A stretch of 64,000 nt of DNA from Eledone cirrhosa (lineage: Eukaryota): assembly GCA_964016885.1 (NCBI GenBank), contig OZ024745.1, positions 119,846,001-119,910,000 on the forward strand, in the 5' to 3' direction. Positions 1 to 13,420 of this stretch are shown piece by piece. A model generated the notes under the pieces. That model saw only the letters and a program-made list of their open reading frames with translations. It was not told the origin of the DNA and searched no databases. Numbering within the stretch: position 1 is the first letter of the stretch; the number at the start of each line of letters is the position of its first letter. Made by a program: the position numbers and the translations under genes.

Positions 1-790
1 CTGGCAAAGATAGAAAAAAAAAGAAGATTTGGAGCGGTGAGAAAACTCAAAGAAAAAACCACGTTTATGGTATAACTGAAGTTGTAGACTAAAATTCTAT
101 TTAAGAAACCGAATGATTCTCGGCTTCAGAGTTAAGAATAATGTAAATAAATTACAGAGGTTATTGTAATCAACAATAATTAAATATATACATGCACGCA
201 TCCACATACGTAGATACACATGCATACGCGAAAACACCCGCCATGGGTATGCAAATACAGGCACATGCGCATAGACACGTGCACACATACAAAAACCCAC
301 GCAACGCCTGTACCTGCACACATACGAACGTATACACCAAATGCACATAAAACATATAAAAAATATATATATATATGGGTGTGCATGTGTGCGCGTATAC
401 ATATAATTATATAAACATATATAAATATACACACATAAATACGCATATAACGCGCGCACACACATACCTACATGTAAATACACATATGTTCGCTAAACGT
501 ACGTCAACCAAAACACAAAGTACATATATACACAAACCCTACATACGTGAAAACGCGCAAACACACACAAACGCAAAACTCACGTATACAGATAACCATA
601 TACACATGCACCCGTATATATGATATATTATATACGCCTATAACAAATACAAGAAAATATACGTACCTTCACAAAACATACAGGTAATATATACTTACCT
701 ATACAAATAAGTAATGGTATAAACATAACATATACTTAGCTACCACATCAAGACGTAAATTATCCGCGTATAGTACGTACTATCCGTTAG
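1..790 (-). mobile_element. 3' UTR/tail of Penelope-like element A, running off the window edge
   Basis: Lies directly downstream of the minus-strand GIY-YIG at 795-1415. Bases 1-~260 align by eye with 61005-61260, the spacer of an HHR-bearing fold-back (shared AAACCGAATGATTCTCGGCTTCAGAGTTAAGAATAA). Confidence 0.65.
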
Positions 791-794
791 GGTA

Positions 795-1415
795 TAATGT
801 GGGGATGTAATGCAGGAAGGTTTTGTGCAATTTATGTTTACAAGCCGAAATTGCCTCAAATATTTTGTTTAAGATGTGGTCATTGGCGTAGAGTATTTCA
901 AGGGCGTCAGCGGCGCAGAGGTCACATGGTCTTTTATTTCCGTTATATGATCTAGCTTTAGCTAGGATCTCCCAGTGTAACCTATATTGGGTGTGGTTGC
1001 CTTTTAGACTCCAGATATAAGCTGAAAGTGACGTCATACTCCTTCTTAAAGGGTTAAGAAAAGAAAGGGTATGCATATAAAGACGCTGCTTGAATCTATT
1101 GGCGGTTAAGCCTATGTAGGCACTATGTTACTAGAGAGGCATTTCCCGGATAGGGGGCAGTCAGTCAGCCCGATTCCTACAATTACAGTTAGTACTACCT
1201 ACAGGGTTGCACGTGCTCCTACGGCTAGGTAATTTAGCTAAATTTGAAGCAGTGGTATTATGTGCAAGTTTAGGAGTTGTTGAGTAAGATATTTTAATGG
1301 TATTTCTATTAACAATTTTATTATATTTATGTGCCGGGGGGAAATGCTTCATAATAAGGGAGAGAAAGATCTTAGCTAATGTTGTGGCCACCTCAATATT
1401 ATATGGTGGGTTAAC
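795..1415 (-). mobile_element. Penelope-like element A: decayed C-terminal linker and GIY-YIG endonuclease (Neptune-type)
   Basis: Frames read NPPYNIEVAT..KHFPPAHKYNKIVNRNTIKISYS..CNCRNRAD..AYIGLTANRFKQRL..TSLSAYIW..WEIL..CDLC..LNK..ACKH with stops/frameshifts; clearly homologous to 13421-14407 and 41141-41960. Confidence 0.88.
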
Positions 1416-1749
1416 ATTGCCGTTTTATCCAATTCGACATTAATAATTACCACTCCTTCTTAGAGCTATCAATGTCGCTAAACCGCTCACGGTGGTTAAA
1501 GATTTCGAAGTTAATGTCATCCTGAATTCATTTTGTGTGTGTTTGAGTGTTCGGATATCAGAGAGTCATACTACGCAGTGCCACTACTTTTCTGAATTGA
1601 GAGACCACAGCTCCAATACTACGGGCATGGGGTTAGAATGTCTCAGGAAAAAATCGCTGGACCGATTATACGGGCATGAGAGCCAAAGGTGGACCTCGAA
1701 CAAGATGGTTGGCTAGAATCTATACATCTATAAGCTGTTGTTCTCGCTT

Positions 1750-2020
1750 GGGCGGAGGAGAAGCAGGAGGAGGAGGAGGAGGAGAAGAAGAAGATCCAGT
1801 AGTTTACTAGTGTGTATTATCGAAGTTGAAACATTGAAGAAGAAGGAGCAGGAGGAGGAGGAGGGGGTGAATAATAATAATAAGAAGAAGAAGGGGGAAA
1901 TAATAATAATAATAATAATATGAAGAAGAAGAAGAAGAATGATGAGGGGAGAGGGGGAGGGGCGGTGGAGAAGAAGAAGAAAAAGAGGAGGAGAGGGAGA
2001 AGAAGAAGAAGAAGAAGAAT
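1750..2020 (+). repeat. Compound (GGA)n/(GAA)n/(TAA)n microsatellite
   Basis: Visible trinucleotide runs. Confidence 0.95.
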
Positions 2021-2664
2021 ATATTCCTTGCTTTGCCTATGACAATATTTATATTGATTTATAATCCGTTGTTCATATAGTGTCTCTTTTCATCCCACCT
2101 CCTGTCCAATAGCTCACTACTAAATTCCTGTGTGAACGTGAGCCTTTGTTTATGTTAGCTTTTACAAGCTTCTAAAAACCATTGTCGTATCTTTTCATCC
2201 AGTAAATTAGTTTGTTGACACATATGAGACGCCATTTGCTCACCACACAGAGAGAAGGGGAGGGGAAGACAGTGGCAGTTCAGCTCAGCCCCCGTTTGGA
2301 CCATATCGTTGTGGTTGTGTTTATTAACTGTTTAAGCTTTTCATTGTAAATGTGAAGCGATAAACTTTGATTATTATCCCAATGATTAGCGTAAATATCA
2401 GGCTGCAATAAGTAACGTTGTTTGGTATGCTCGGCTAAAGACGTTGAACGAAGTCCAGCTGCATAGTTACGGAACGGTTAATGAACTCACTAAAGCTAAA
2501 AGAATAAAGGAAAATGTATATATTGTCTAAATGTGTTAATTGTAATGTAAATAAAACTATACACATTCAAATTATTATTCAGTTCGAATTATTTTCATGT
2601 CTAGAAACTTGAGTTATACGAAGAAATACTATCCTTCTATCTCATTACTCTAATTATAGTGATA

Positions 2665-2841
2665 AATGTTTCTACTTTTGGCACAAGGCCAGCAATTATC
2701 CCAGTGCATTACTGGTACTTTATTTTATCGACCCCGTAAGGATGAAAGGCAAAGTTAACCTCGGCAGGATTTGAACTCAGAACGCAGAGGGGCGTAACTC
2801 GGTGGAGCAAATCATGTATCTACTGATACAGCCAAACCACC
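2665..2841 (-). mobile_element. tRNA-derived SINE family 1
   Basis: Reverse complement of the family sequence (best copy 56714-56902): B-box-like GAGTTCAAATCC, core TTGCCTTTCATCCTTACGGGGTCGATAAA, tail GGCCTTGTGCCAAAAGTAGAAAC. Confidence 0.9.
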
Positions 2842-2899
2842 AACCATTATAGTGATAATGATAAATAGTCAATGCATTCATGTACTCGTATATATATGC

Positions 2900-2948
<49 letters not shown>

Positions 2949-3013
2949 GTGGTCAAGTATGACATTTGTAGAACTTTTTTTTTGTAGAAATTTCTTCAAA
3001 TTTACTACTTGAC

Positions 3014-3085
<72 letters not shown>

Positions 3086-3199
3086 GTGTGTGTGTGTGTG
3101 TGTAGCGAGAAAAAGAAAGAGGTAGAGGGAGAGAGAAAGATTATTTGGAGGCGTTTCTACGAATTTGTATTTATACAATCAATATTTGGTGTATATATA

Positions 3200-3270
3200 T
3201 AGGAAAAAATTCAAGACCCCGACGGCAGAGCTCAAGCCGTTTCGATGGCTATTTCTGGACTAAATATAGT
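3200..3270 (-). mobile_element. Fragment of the element C terminal repeat (3' half of its hammerhead)
   Basis: Reverse complement matches 42700-42765 (TTTAGTCCAGAAATAGCC..GAAACGGCTTGAGCTC..CCGTCGGG). Confidence 0.75.
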
Positions 3271-3578
3271 TGAAAAATATATATGTATGAATGTATATAC
3301 GTACGTATGTATACATGTATGACCCAGGTCAACTTTGCCTTTCATCTTTCAAGGTCGATAAAAAGAACCAGTCAAGTACTGTTTGATTTTTCCCCTATAT
3401 CTCTTTATCACTCTCTTTCTCACACTCTCTATCTTTCTCTGGAAGAACTCTGCTGTATTTCGACTTGTAAATGAGATGGTCTCTGCCAGGTTTAAGAAAA
3501 TACCCTTCAAGCGCTGTATATCAGTGCGGCAACCTTACGACAACTACGGGAGTTACGGCACCGTCTATCTATCTATTT

Positions 3579-3740
3579 AGGGCGGGTAAAATTCCCGAGA
3601 TCCATTGACGAGTTATCTCCAGCGGTTGCTGTCCCTCATTATCGCCCCCATGTCCTGTGTCTCCAAGAGATCAGTGTCTGTCCTTAGGGCATCAACATAT
3701 GTCAACCTCGGTCTTCCTCTTCCTATGTGTCCATGCAGGG
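3579..3740 (-). mobile_element. 3' end of an RTE-like LINE
   Basis: Encodes HGHIGRGRPRLTYVDALRTDTDLLETQDMGAIMRDSNRWR; same family as 34665, 48615 and 54262. Confidence 0.8.
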
Positions 3741-4012
3741 TCCGTATATTTAATATATATGTATGTATGAATGGATGTATGTATATGTGTGCGTATATAG
3801 TTATGTATGTATGTAGTGTGCAGAAGTCGGTTTTAAATTTATAGCATAAAAATAACAAGCACTTACTGAAGGAATCACTTGATACATGAAGCCGAATCGC
3901 ATTTATTACCTGCCGTAGGTATCTTCCCTGAATGGTTCTAGAATTTCGTAGAATTATACGCTGGAATATACGGATTGTTCTGCGAAACAATCAAGTTATT
4001 TATATATATATT

Positions 4013-4228
4013 ACAGTCGATCGACTTTCGTCAAGTCTGACCGAAGAAACAATGTTTCCATTTGTTTTTCCAATTGCTAATACTTTCTATCGGTCGCAAC
4101 TCCAGGTAGAAAGAGCATCGTGAAATAAAGTGTTTTGGCCAAGGACATAACGCATCGCCCGGTCCGGGAATCGAGTTCACTACCTTACGATTACGAATCT
4201 AATTATCTAACCACTCAATCACGCGCCT
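4013..4228 (-). mobile_element. tRNA-derived SINE family 2 (CORE-like)
   Basis: Reverse complement of 15948-16157. Confidence 0.85.
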
Positions 4229-4234
4229 TCACAA

Positions 4235-4620
4235 ATATATATATATATATATATATATGCGTGTTTGTGTGAGTGTGTTTATACATCCATCCATCCATCC
4301 ATCCATACATACATACATGCATACATCCATCCATCCATGCATGCATGCATGCATGCATGCATACATACATACATACATACATACATACATACATACATAC
4401 ATACATACATACATAGAACATCGGGTGTGCATGTTTGTCTGAGTGTTGAGAGGTGGAGCGATGTATATGAGGCAGAAGAAAATAGGTGATCCTAGGTGAA
4501 ATAGAACAGCAATTGTTATGAGCTTAATTTGAATAATATCGAGGAAGAGATGGAGAGAGAATGGGAGGGAGAGAGAGAGAGAGAGAGAGTGCGTGTGAGA
4601 GAGAGAGAGAGAGAGAGGGG
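4235..4620 (+). repeat. (TA)n, (CATC)n/(CATG)n/(CATA)n and (GA)n microsatellites
   Basis: Visible simple repeats; they explain the MYVC/IHTY ORFs. Confidence 0.95.
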
Positions 4621-5051
4621 GGGGAAATAAAGAGATACAGCCATAAAAGGAGAGTAAGTAATTGGTAGATTGAAGTTTTCAGTACAACCAAATCGTTTGT
4701 CCGTGTGTCTGTTTCATGGGACCCCATATTTTTGAGCAGCAGTGTAGTTGCACGCCTTTCCTACACGAATGCTTTCCTTATCGCCTATCTTTCTGTCTGT
4801 CTGTTCACCTGCCTGCCTGTCTCTCTTGCCTGTATCGACTGCTTCTTCTTCTCTATTCTCCGCCCATCTTTCATTCATCTTAATTCATCTCTTTCCTTTC
4901 TTCCTTTCTTTCATCTATTCATTTAATCATGCTTTCTTTATCTTTCATGGTATTCTCATCAATCCTCCAAACACTATTAGATGGATATTGGTTTATGATG
5001 TTGTCTTAAGTTAAATATATATGTAATCATTTTGTTTATATAATAACAATA

Positions 5052-5426
5052 ATGATTTCTTCTCTAGGCACAAGGCCAGCAATTTTGGGGCAGGGGAAAG
5101 TCGATTAAATCCACCCACAGTGCATTACTGGTACTTAACGTATCGACCGCGTAAGGATGAAAGGCAAAGCTACCCTCGGCGTGATTTCAACTCAGAACGT
5201 AATACTAATAACAGTAATGATAATACTAATAATGATGGTGATAATGATGATGATGATGATGGTGATCCATCTAGAGATGGTGGTGATGATATTTTTTCAT
5301 TGGTTACAAGGGGCCAAGATATATAGAACATGAAACTTATATTATGTGACGCTAAAAAAAAAGAGGAAACGAAACAAATATCCCGAAATATCAATAACTA
5401 TAAAGGAAGGAATAAATTTAGCTAAC
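5052..5426 (-). repeat. 5'-truncated SINE family 1 plus ~225 bp flank, duplicated at 20394-20795
   Basis: Both copies continue past the SINE with ..GATCCATSTAGAGATGGTGGTGATGATATTTTTTCATTGGTTACA..AAAGGAAGGAATAAATTWAGCTAAC. Confidence 0.85.
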
Positions 5427-7295
5427 ATTGTAAGAGACACAGAATGATAGAGTTGAATTGTTTCGTGAAAAAATTCGCTCTTCATTAATGGTCTTAGTAT
5501 AAGTGAAATTAATTCGTTTGGACATGGAATCGAAACCGACACTTTAAATTGGTGGAATTATTGTCAAAAATATCCTCGTACTATATTTACTTAATATTGA
5601 TTCTTACATATGCATAATAAAAGATCTAAAATGTCTACAAATAGAATGTTACAATTATGCCATATCATGCGATATTGCAATGGGATGTTTTTATTGATGT
5701 AAGTCAATAAAAATTGAAAGAATGTAACGTGTACTTTATTGCCGCTACATGAGTGACAATATCAAAAAGAATGGATTTCTTACTTATGCACAAGGGCAAA
5801 CAATGGTTAGAAAATAAACAGGTGAACATACGATTAACTTACTTAGTTGTTTGACCATATTATATATCAAAATAGATTAAAAAAAATTATCGTAAATCGT
5901 TCTTGTATTTAACTGCTAGCCGTGAGAGTAAATATTGGATAGAGATAAATATTGGTTAAGAAACATATTAATGGAGAACGGCAAGAATGTTAATAAAATG
6001 ATGATTATGATGAATATGATGATAATATCAAACATCAGCGCAAGAGGAATTTTCTATTCTCGGTAATCGATTTAGAGAACCACTAGATCTTATTCGTCCT
6101 GTACTTTAGATCAATTGTGGAAATCGTGACCCGCCCAAACCTACAACTGGAATATATAACAGAATAGCCAGAGATTGAAAATAAATGTCATTCAGACATA
6201 AAAACTTGGCTGATTTTACCGCAAAGTTTATGAACAACAACATAACTGGAGACAAACATATAAAACAGTATTCATATTGATATCATGAGTAATAAGACAA
6301 ACAAATAACAGGAAATTAACATCAGCTACAGCAAGTAACAAGTGCAAGAGAAATTCTGAAACCAATCACTGTGTAATGAGTGTTTGTAGGTGGGTTCGAA
6401 TTTCTATTGTGAATAATAACGGTGATTTGAAGTCCTGAGAATTTCACAACAATTTGTCTGAAGAGAATTATGGAAATTATCACGGTACAAATATATTACC
6501 CATATTTCTAAATATTCACATCGAAAGAAGAAGGAAGCGAAACGAAAATGTATACAACACACACACACGCACACCTATATATATATATATATACATGTAG
6601 GTATAGGTGTATTAGAGAACCTCATTTACTACACATGATTTTAAATGTTCTCTCACTTTCAAATACGTAGGTTTGGATATCATACGACAACGGTAAGATG
6701 CCCTGACACTACACTGTCGCATGACATTTAACAAATATAAAGGGCAACTCTACATTACATACACACACACATATACATACAAACACACATATACACACAT
6801 ACATATAAACAAACACGCACACACACATACACACCACACACACAAACTCAGTGAAACACCGACAAAGACACGTACACGTTCGATCCCACATGCAACAAAA
6901 ACCTCCCATCGCACATTTCCATATCTATATTTCTATAAAACACAGATATTTTAGGATATTATACGACAATGATTTTATCTATATAAATACAGTGGGAAAT
7001 ATATGAATTATTTAAGCTTTCATGGACAGGATTGGACTGGAAACAGATGTTCATTGTATTTATTCTTATTGAAGGACTTCATAAATAATTCCTAATATTA
7101 TTTTATTACGTATATATTCTCCGAAAAGCTAATCAAGTTAAGATATGCGTTATAGTTCTCGTCATATCAATGAGACTATGTATGTATGTACGTATGCATG
7201 TATGTATGCACGTATGTATGTATGCATGTATTTATGTATATATGTATATATGCATGTATGTATATAAGTAAATATATATATACACACACACACAC

Positions 7296-7328
<33 letters not shown>

Positions 7329-7345
7329 AGTATATAGATATAGAT

Positions 7346-7598
7346 ATATTAATAAAAGGAATTCCAGCTTTGTCTGATTTACTCGTTTTATATAAAATCC
7401 TTTAAAATGTATAATGGTATTTGAATGAAATAGTATGGTAGAATATTAAATGTTAAGTGTTAATTGAACAAGTAACACTTAACATTTAATATTCTACCAT
7501 ACTATTTCATTCTAATACCATTATACATTTTAAAGGATTCAACAATCCTATATAAAACGAGTAAATCACACAAAGTTGGAATTCCTTTTATTAATATA
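7346..7598. repeat. Fold-back element, ~115 bp arms, 10 nt loop, between (TA)n tracts
   Basis: ATATTAATAAAAGGAATTCCA..AAATGTTAAGTGTTA [ATTGAACAAG] TAACACTTAACATTT..TGGAATTCCTTTTATTAATAT. Confidence 0.92.
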
Positions 7599-7620
7599 AT
7601 CTTCTATACACACCCGTGTA

Positions 7621-7676
<56 letters not shown>

Positions 7677-7965
7677 CATAAATATATACCATGCATATGA
7701 ACATACATGCATACATACACACACGAGTAAGATATATTAAACTTTAAAATCTATTCGTTTCTTACTTTATAAAGATATTACACAAATACATAGATAGTGC
7801 ATTTTTATAGATACATCTGAAGTACATCATTTAGTTGAAGTACGATGGGGCTTTCGAGACGTACATGTTTGTCTGACTTCTTCATATCCACACACATGCA
7901 CACAAACAGACACAAACACACATACACACACCTATATATATATACATTGATATATATATATCCAA

Positions 7966-8001
<36 letters not shown>

Positions 8002-8556
8002 TTGGTTGCCCTTGAAATATATATAATAACCTAATTATGGTTTTATAAATATAGTTACCATTTATTAATATATTGAATATTTACTCCACTAACCGGTTGA
8101 GTGCTTTATGTTAGTTATAAACATGTTTAAGTTTGTTGAATAACAACAAATTAAATATAACCTCTGCATATATATATATTTATATATATACAGATATATA
8201 CAGCTGTATTTCACAATTATATATGCATTAGTTTTTGTAGCACTTCATTCAAGCATATGTTCATCTCCCCCTAAATATATTTCCACCAGGTAGAGAACGG
8301 GACAACAATAGGTTTCCAAATACGATAAGCTTTATTAATTGTATTTCTATAATTTTAATATAGGAAGTAGCAGGTACACAGGGATTTCGATACATATATA
8401 CATATATATTTGCCACATCTCAATACAAATACTACCTTACATGCATATATACGATTACAAATATGTGTTGGTGTATGTGTACGTTTATATACATATACAT
8501 GCCAAACACACACGAACCCACCACACTTATATACATAAGTATATGTATATATATAT

Positions 8557-8603
<47 letters not shown>

Positions 8604-8893
8604 TATATGTATATAAATATATATATATACATATATATATATGAAATATGTGTGTGTTTATTTATTTATTTCCTGGATTTATATAATTTCACGGATTATG
8701 GCGATACAATTGTTTTCTTGTTATACTCTATGGAATTACAAAAGACAGTGAGTATGCTGCAAATGATATATATATATATATATATATATATATTGCCTAC
8801 ATGCCCTCACACGCACACACGGATATATATACATACATACATAAATACATACATATTTATATATATATTTATATATACATATATATATATGTA

Positions 8894-8951
<58 letters not shown>

Positions 8952-8984
8952 TATATTTAAATATGTATGTATGTATATATATAT

Positions 8985-9286
8985 ATGCCTGTGTTCGTGT
9001 GAGGGAAAATGGCTTAGACATGCAATACAACAGGAGGAACATATTAGTACCACTGATGATGTTGCAGATTTGCAACGAAAGAACTTTATTAGACTATGTA
9101 TATGTGTTTATGTCTATATTATATCTGTATTTTTGACCATTGGTCAGTCAATGGTAAACATTGAGGACCAAATGAATTAACTGTGGAGATATAAAAGATA
9201 CAGAAGCGAAAACCAACCAAACAGTGAGTGTGTTCTGTTATTATTTCTGGCAATATTATTACAACAATATGACCCTCCCCAAGTAT

Positions 9287-9292
<6 letters not shown>
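8985..9292 (+). mobile_element. HHR-bearing PLE terminal-repeat cassette between (TA)n tracts
   Basis: 9117-9292 has an inverted copy at 34220-34392; ends GACCCTCCCCAAGTATAACAAT-(TA)n like the sibling family at 40721-40915. Confidence 0.65.
9045..9092 (+). ncRNA. Near-intact type I hammerhead motif
   Basis: CTGATGA(9053) t GTTGCA gatt TGCAAC GAAA g aa c T T; perfect 6-bp stem II, but stem I (TAGTA/TATTA) is offset by three extra bases. Confidence 0.6.
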
Positions 9293-9373
<81 letters not shown>

Positions 9374-9589
9374 AATACATATACATATATATATACATTG
9401 TAATTCAATATCTAATATATGCATTAGGGTATATAGTAATAACTACTGACACCGATATTCAGCTTCTATATAAGATGAATGTAGAAATGAAGTTTTACAT
9501 ATTAGTGACTCCCAGTTACATTGTATTGAGATCTTATGTTTGATTTGATTAACTAACGTGATGAGGAATAGCTCAATTGTTATATATAT

Positions 9590-9626
<37 letters not shown>

Positions 9627-9636
9627 AATATATATA

Positions 9637-9915
9637 TTTCGTTTCTGAATTTGTTTAGCAAGATTCTTTATCTGAAATCGTGTGTTGAAACCGATATTGT
9701 TATACTTTGGGAGGGTCATGTTGCCAATAAGAAACACACGCACCAATTGCTATCACTTCAATATATATAAACAACTATCTGGTTGTGGAACCAACCAACC
9801 AACCAGAAATTTATAAATTTGTAAATTTATAAATTTATAAATATATAATAAATTGAAGTGAAACAACTGGTGCGTGTGTTTCTTATTGGCAACATGACCC
9901 TCCCAAAGTATAACA

Positions 9916-9920
<5 letters not shown>
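9637..9920. mobile_element. Asymmetric fold-back of a PLE-type terminal repeat in (TA)n
   Basis: 9695-9750 (TTGTTATACTTTGGGAGGGTCATGTTGCCAATAAGAAACACACGCACCA) is inverted at 9867-9917; the left arm extends ~55 bp further out. Other copies at 12585-12730, 40765-40915, 49688-49722. Confidence 0.8.
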
Positions 9921-9975
<55 letters not shown>

Positions 9976-10119
9976 GTATTATACACATTTTATGTACGTG
10001 TAAATGCATTTATATATTTTTATATATACAAATATTTGTTACGTATACGCTAATACATACAAACATACATGTATGTGTATATATATATATATAAATACAT
10101 ACCCTGCATACATATATAT

Positions 10120-10229
<110 letters not shown>

Positions 10230-10415
10230 CTGTATGTATGTTTGTTTGTTTGTATGAAGTAAGTGGGAGCTAGTGTTAGTATGAAATTGTGAACACAATT
10301 TCGTAGGTGTACGTGTTGTACATCATGTGAGCTGCTCAGTGATCATGTGTTGATATACAAACTATGCTATATCGTGGAGTCTTAATTACACTGATTTCCA
10401 ACATATACGTTTATA

Positions 10416-10617
10416 TTTAATACTATATACTAAATAATTTGAAATTATATTGTCGGACATCCGGGACTTGCTTTCATACTATATTCCATTACAAATGTTG
10501 CGAATTTAATTTAATTTTATTTAATACTATGCACAAAATAATTTGAAATTATCTTCTCGGACATCTGGGACCTGCTCCCATACGATATTCCATTACAAAT
10601 GTTTACAAATTTAATTT
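10416..10617 (+). repeat. Two diverged tandem copies of a ~100 bp unit
   Basis: TTTAATACTAT..AAATAATTTGAAATTAT..TCGGACATC..TATTCCATTACAAATGTT occurs at 10416 and 10520. Confidence 0.85.
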
Positions 10618-10962
10618 TGTTTGAGCCTAAGAGGGACTTCTATGCCAATCATCAAATGATTTTGTTGTTTGACAATTTTTCACCTAGGTATATTGTACTC
10701 CGTTCCACCTTATTCAATTTGGGCTTTATTTTTATGAAGTTAGTGTTTTGTGGTTTAAGCGTTATTTGACTGCTATTTCAGGCAGTTTATTTCAGTTACA
10801 AAGAATACTATAACCTCGTAGATTTTCAAAGAGATGGACCATCTAATAAGAATCCAGTTTTCATGTTGAACGAATATTTTTACCGGTCAGATGCTGATAT
10901 ATTCAGCGTTGATATAGCAGGCTATTATATCATGTTTTCTAGTTACATCTAATTTGTCATTA

Positions 10963-11032
<70 letters not shown>

Positions 11033-11034
11033 CC

Positions 11035-11192
11035 ATATGAAATGTCTCCCTCTATTGGGGAAAATCGATTAACTTTTAAATTGCATTTGTGATAGTATTT
11101 TACACGTTGTTATTGTATGTAAACTTCTCCCTTTGTATTTGTCCCCTTCTTTTGTGCCCCTGTGGCTAATAAAGAAACATATCTATCTATCT
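11035..11192 (+). mobile_element. Probable LINE 3' end inside a (TATC)n tract
   Basis: T-rich segment ending GTGGCTAATAAAGAAACA followed by (TATC)n, with (TATC)n also on the 5' side. Assignment is inference from architecture only. Confidence 0.4.
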
Positions 11193-11281
11193 GTGTATAT
11201 ATATATATATACATAGATATGTATATATATATACATACTTATATATATGTATATATAAATATATATGCGTGTATATAGATT

Positions 11282-11316
<35 letters not shown>

Positions 11317-11628
11317 CGCTACATAAAATTCTATGTGTACTTGTAGCTTAATTGCTATGAATTAATCTTTTGTCTCTCGTCTCTTACTCCACTGGACAGC
11401 GTTTGGTTTATGTCAGACGCTGTCACTCCGGGTGAACCACAGTACCGTTGGTGTGGTTCGAAAGTGCCAAAGTCCATTTGAATGGCCGAAGAACCTGCAG
11501 TTCTGTGTCCTTCGTTTGTATTTTTCTTATAAAAAAATGTAATTTTTTAAGGTTTCCCCATAAGAAATTGTTTTTTGTTTTTCCCTTGAATCCGTTCGTT
11601 GTCTTGTCCTCTCTTTGTAAATGTTTAT

Positions 11629-11752
<124 letters not shown>

Positions 11753-11831
11753 TTTTTAAAACCATCAATGCATTAGAAATAAAATCAATATTGCTATTCA
11801 ACAATGCTTTAAACAAACTACAACACTCTGT

Positions 11832-11864
<33 letters not shown>

Positions 11865-12205
11865 ATGGATATATATAGATACATGCATATTTAATGCTGG
11901 CATACAACAGGTTTTTTTTTACAGTGAGGAACATTTAGGTATGCCTAAATTGTTTAAATGATATGTATGAGCCTTAGAAGGACAGCACCAGAATCTTTCG
12001 ATTGACCTGAGTTATAAGGCTTCATACAACAGTATATCAATTGAAATCTTGAATGGTATTACAACGAATCAATAAAATATGTCTATATTACAATATATAC
12101 ATATTTATTTCATAACAAAATATATCTTATTTATGTTGAGGTTGAACAAAGTATCGATACACGCTGAGTTTCACATACAAATGAAGGGACACAATTATAC
12201 ATACA

Positions 12206-12256
<51 letters not shown>

Positions 12257-12357
12257 GTATACTTATATGAACATTCGCATATGGATACTCGAATATTGCA
12301 TGATAATTATGCCAAGTAAATAGATTGAATTGTTAAACCTATCCCGCTGATAGATTA

Positions 12358-12407
<50 letters not shown>

Positions 12408-12411
<4 letters not shown>

Positions 12412-12532
12412 CAAAGAAAGTGTGGTAAGAAACCAGGTGGTCCATAACGCACCAGAGTACTCGATACTTAGCTTTCGGATCTAGCTGTCGAAGCGGCCGG
12501 AGCTCAGCCGTCGGGGTCCTGATTCTTTTCCT
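12408..12532. mobile_element. Rearranged element C terminal-repeat fragment
   Basis: 12408-12470 is the reverse complement of 42783-42845; 12485-12532 matches 42715-42765 in direct orientation; flanked by (TA)n. Confidence 0.75.
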
Positions 12533-12584
12533 ATATATATATATCTATATCTATATATATATATATATCTATATATATATATAT

Positions 12585-12725
12585 TTCGTTTATGAATTTG
12601 TTTAGCAAGATTCTTTATCTGAAATCGTGTGTTGAAACCGATATTGTTATACTTTGGGAGGGTCATGTTGCCAATAAGAAACACACGCATGTGATTCTTA
12701 TTGGCAACATGGCCCTCCCAAAGTA

Positions 12726-12730
<5 letters not shown>
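12585..12730. mobile_element. Short fold-back of the 9637/40721 family in (TA)n
   Basis: GTTATACTTTGGGAGGGTCATGTTGCCAATAAGAA ... TTCTTATTGGCAACATGGCCCTCCCAAAGTATAAC. Confidence 0.85.
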
Positions 12731-12781
<51 letters not shown>

Positions 12782-12904
12782 GGAGGTGAGTTTTATTGTA
12801 GTACAATAAAGCAATGCAGATATCGGATAAGAAGCACTCTACAGTTTGTGGGACTGGAGTATGCATAATATAAGATCAAAAGATGGTTAAAGGAGTTCCA
12901 TATA

Positions 12905-12971
12905 TTTTATTATGCGCATTTCAAAAACAAACATCATCAAACAATAATATTTGTGTTTTCATCAGATAAAA
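12905..12971 (-). ncRNA. Type I hammerhead ribozyme (left arm of element B)
   Basis: Reverse complement of 15611-15677. Confidence 0.85.
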
Positions 12972-13420
12972 CAGGAGAACATGATATGAAGGCTAAAAAA
13001 CACTTGTTGATAGTGCAGTTTTAAATCAACATATGGAAAGTGGTTTTAGATTGATGTGTGATATTGGGAAAAATATTTTATTTAGAGAGGGGGGGGGGGA
13101 GAAAAGGATGAAAAGGGAAGGAGATGAGAGGGAGAGATGGGTGATAGAGAGAAAGAGATAGTTTTTATAACTGAGAGGAGATATATTTTATATAGAGGGG
13201 TTGAAAACCGTTGGAAGATACTGTATAAATTAAAAATTTTGAAAATTAACGAAGGGAGGATATGTGCGAGGAAAAAATATTTTATTTAGGGAGGGGGGGG
13301 TGGAAAGGATGAAAAAAAGGGGAGGAGATGAGAGTGAAGGTGGAAAGGGAGAGATGGGTGATAGAGAGAAAGAGATAGTTTTTATAACTGAGAAAAAGAT
13401 ATAATGTTTTAATATAGAGA

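Noticed and set aside
2945-3020. Tiny inverted repeat (GGTCAAGTA/TACTTGACC) between (TA)n tracts
   Set aside because: Too short to assign to a MITE or fold-back family.
6465-6490. Isolated CTGANGA heptamers (also 23509, 24255, 29018, 47467, 58682)
   Set aside because: No stem II plus GAAA plus NUH arrangement; expected by chance.
11420-11475. Hairpin followed by GAAA; similar half-motifs at 16790-16840, 18050-18070 and 55370-55405
   Set aside because: No recognisable 5' core in register.
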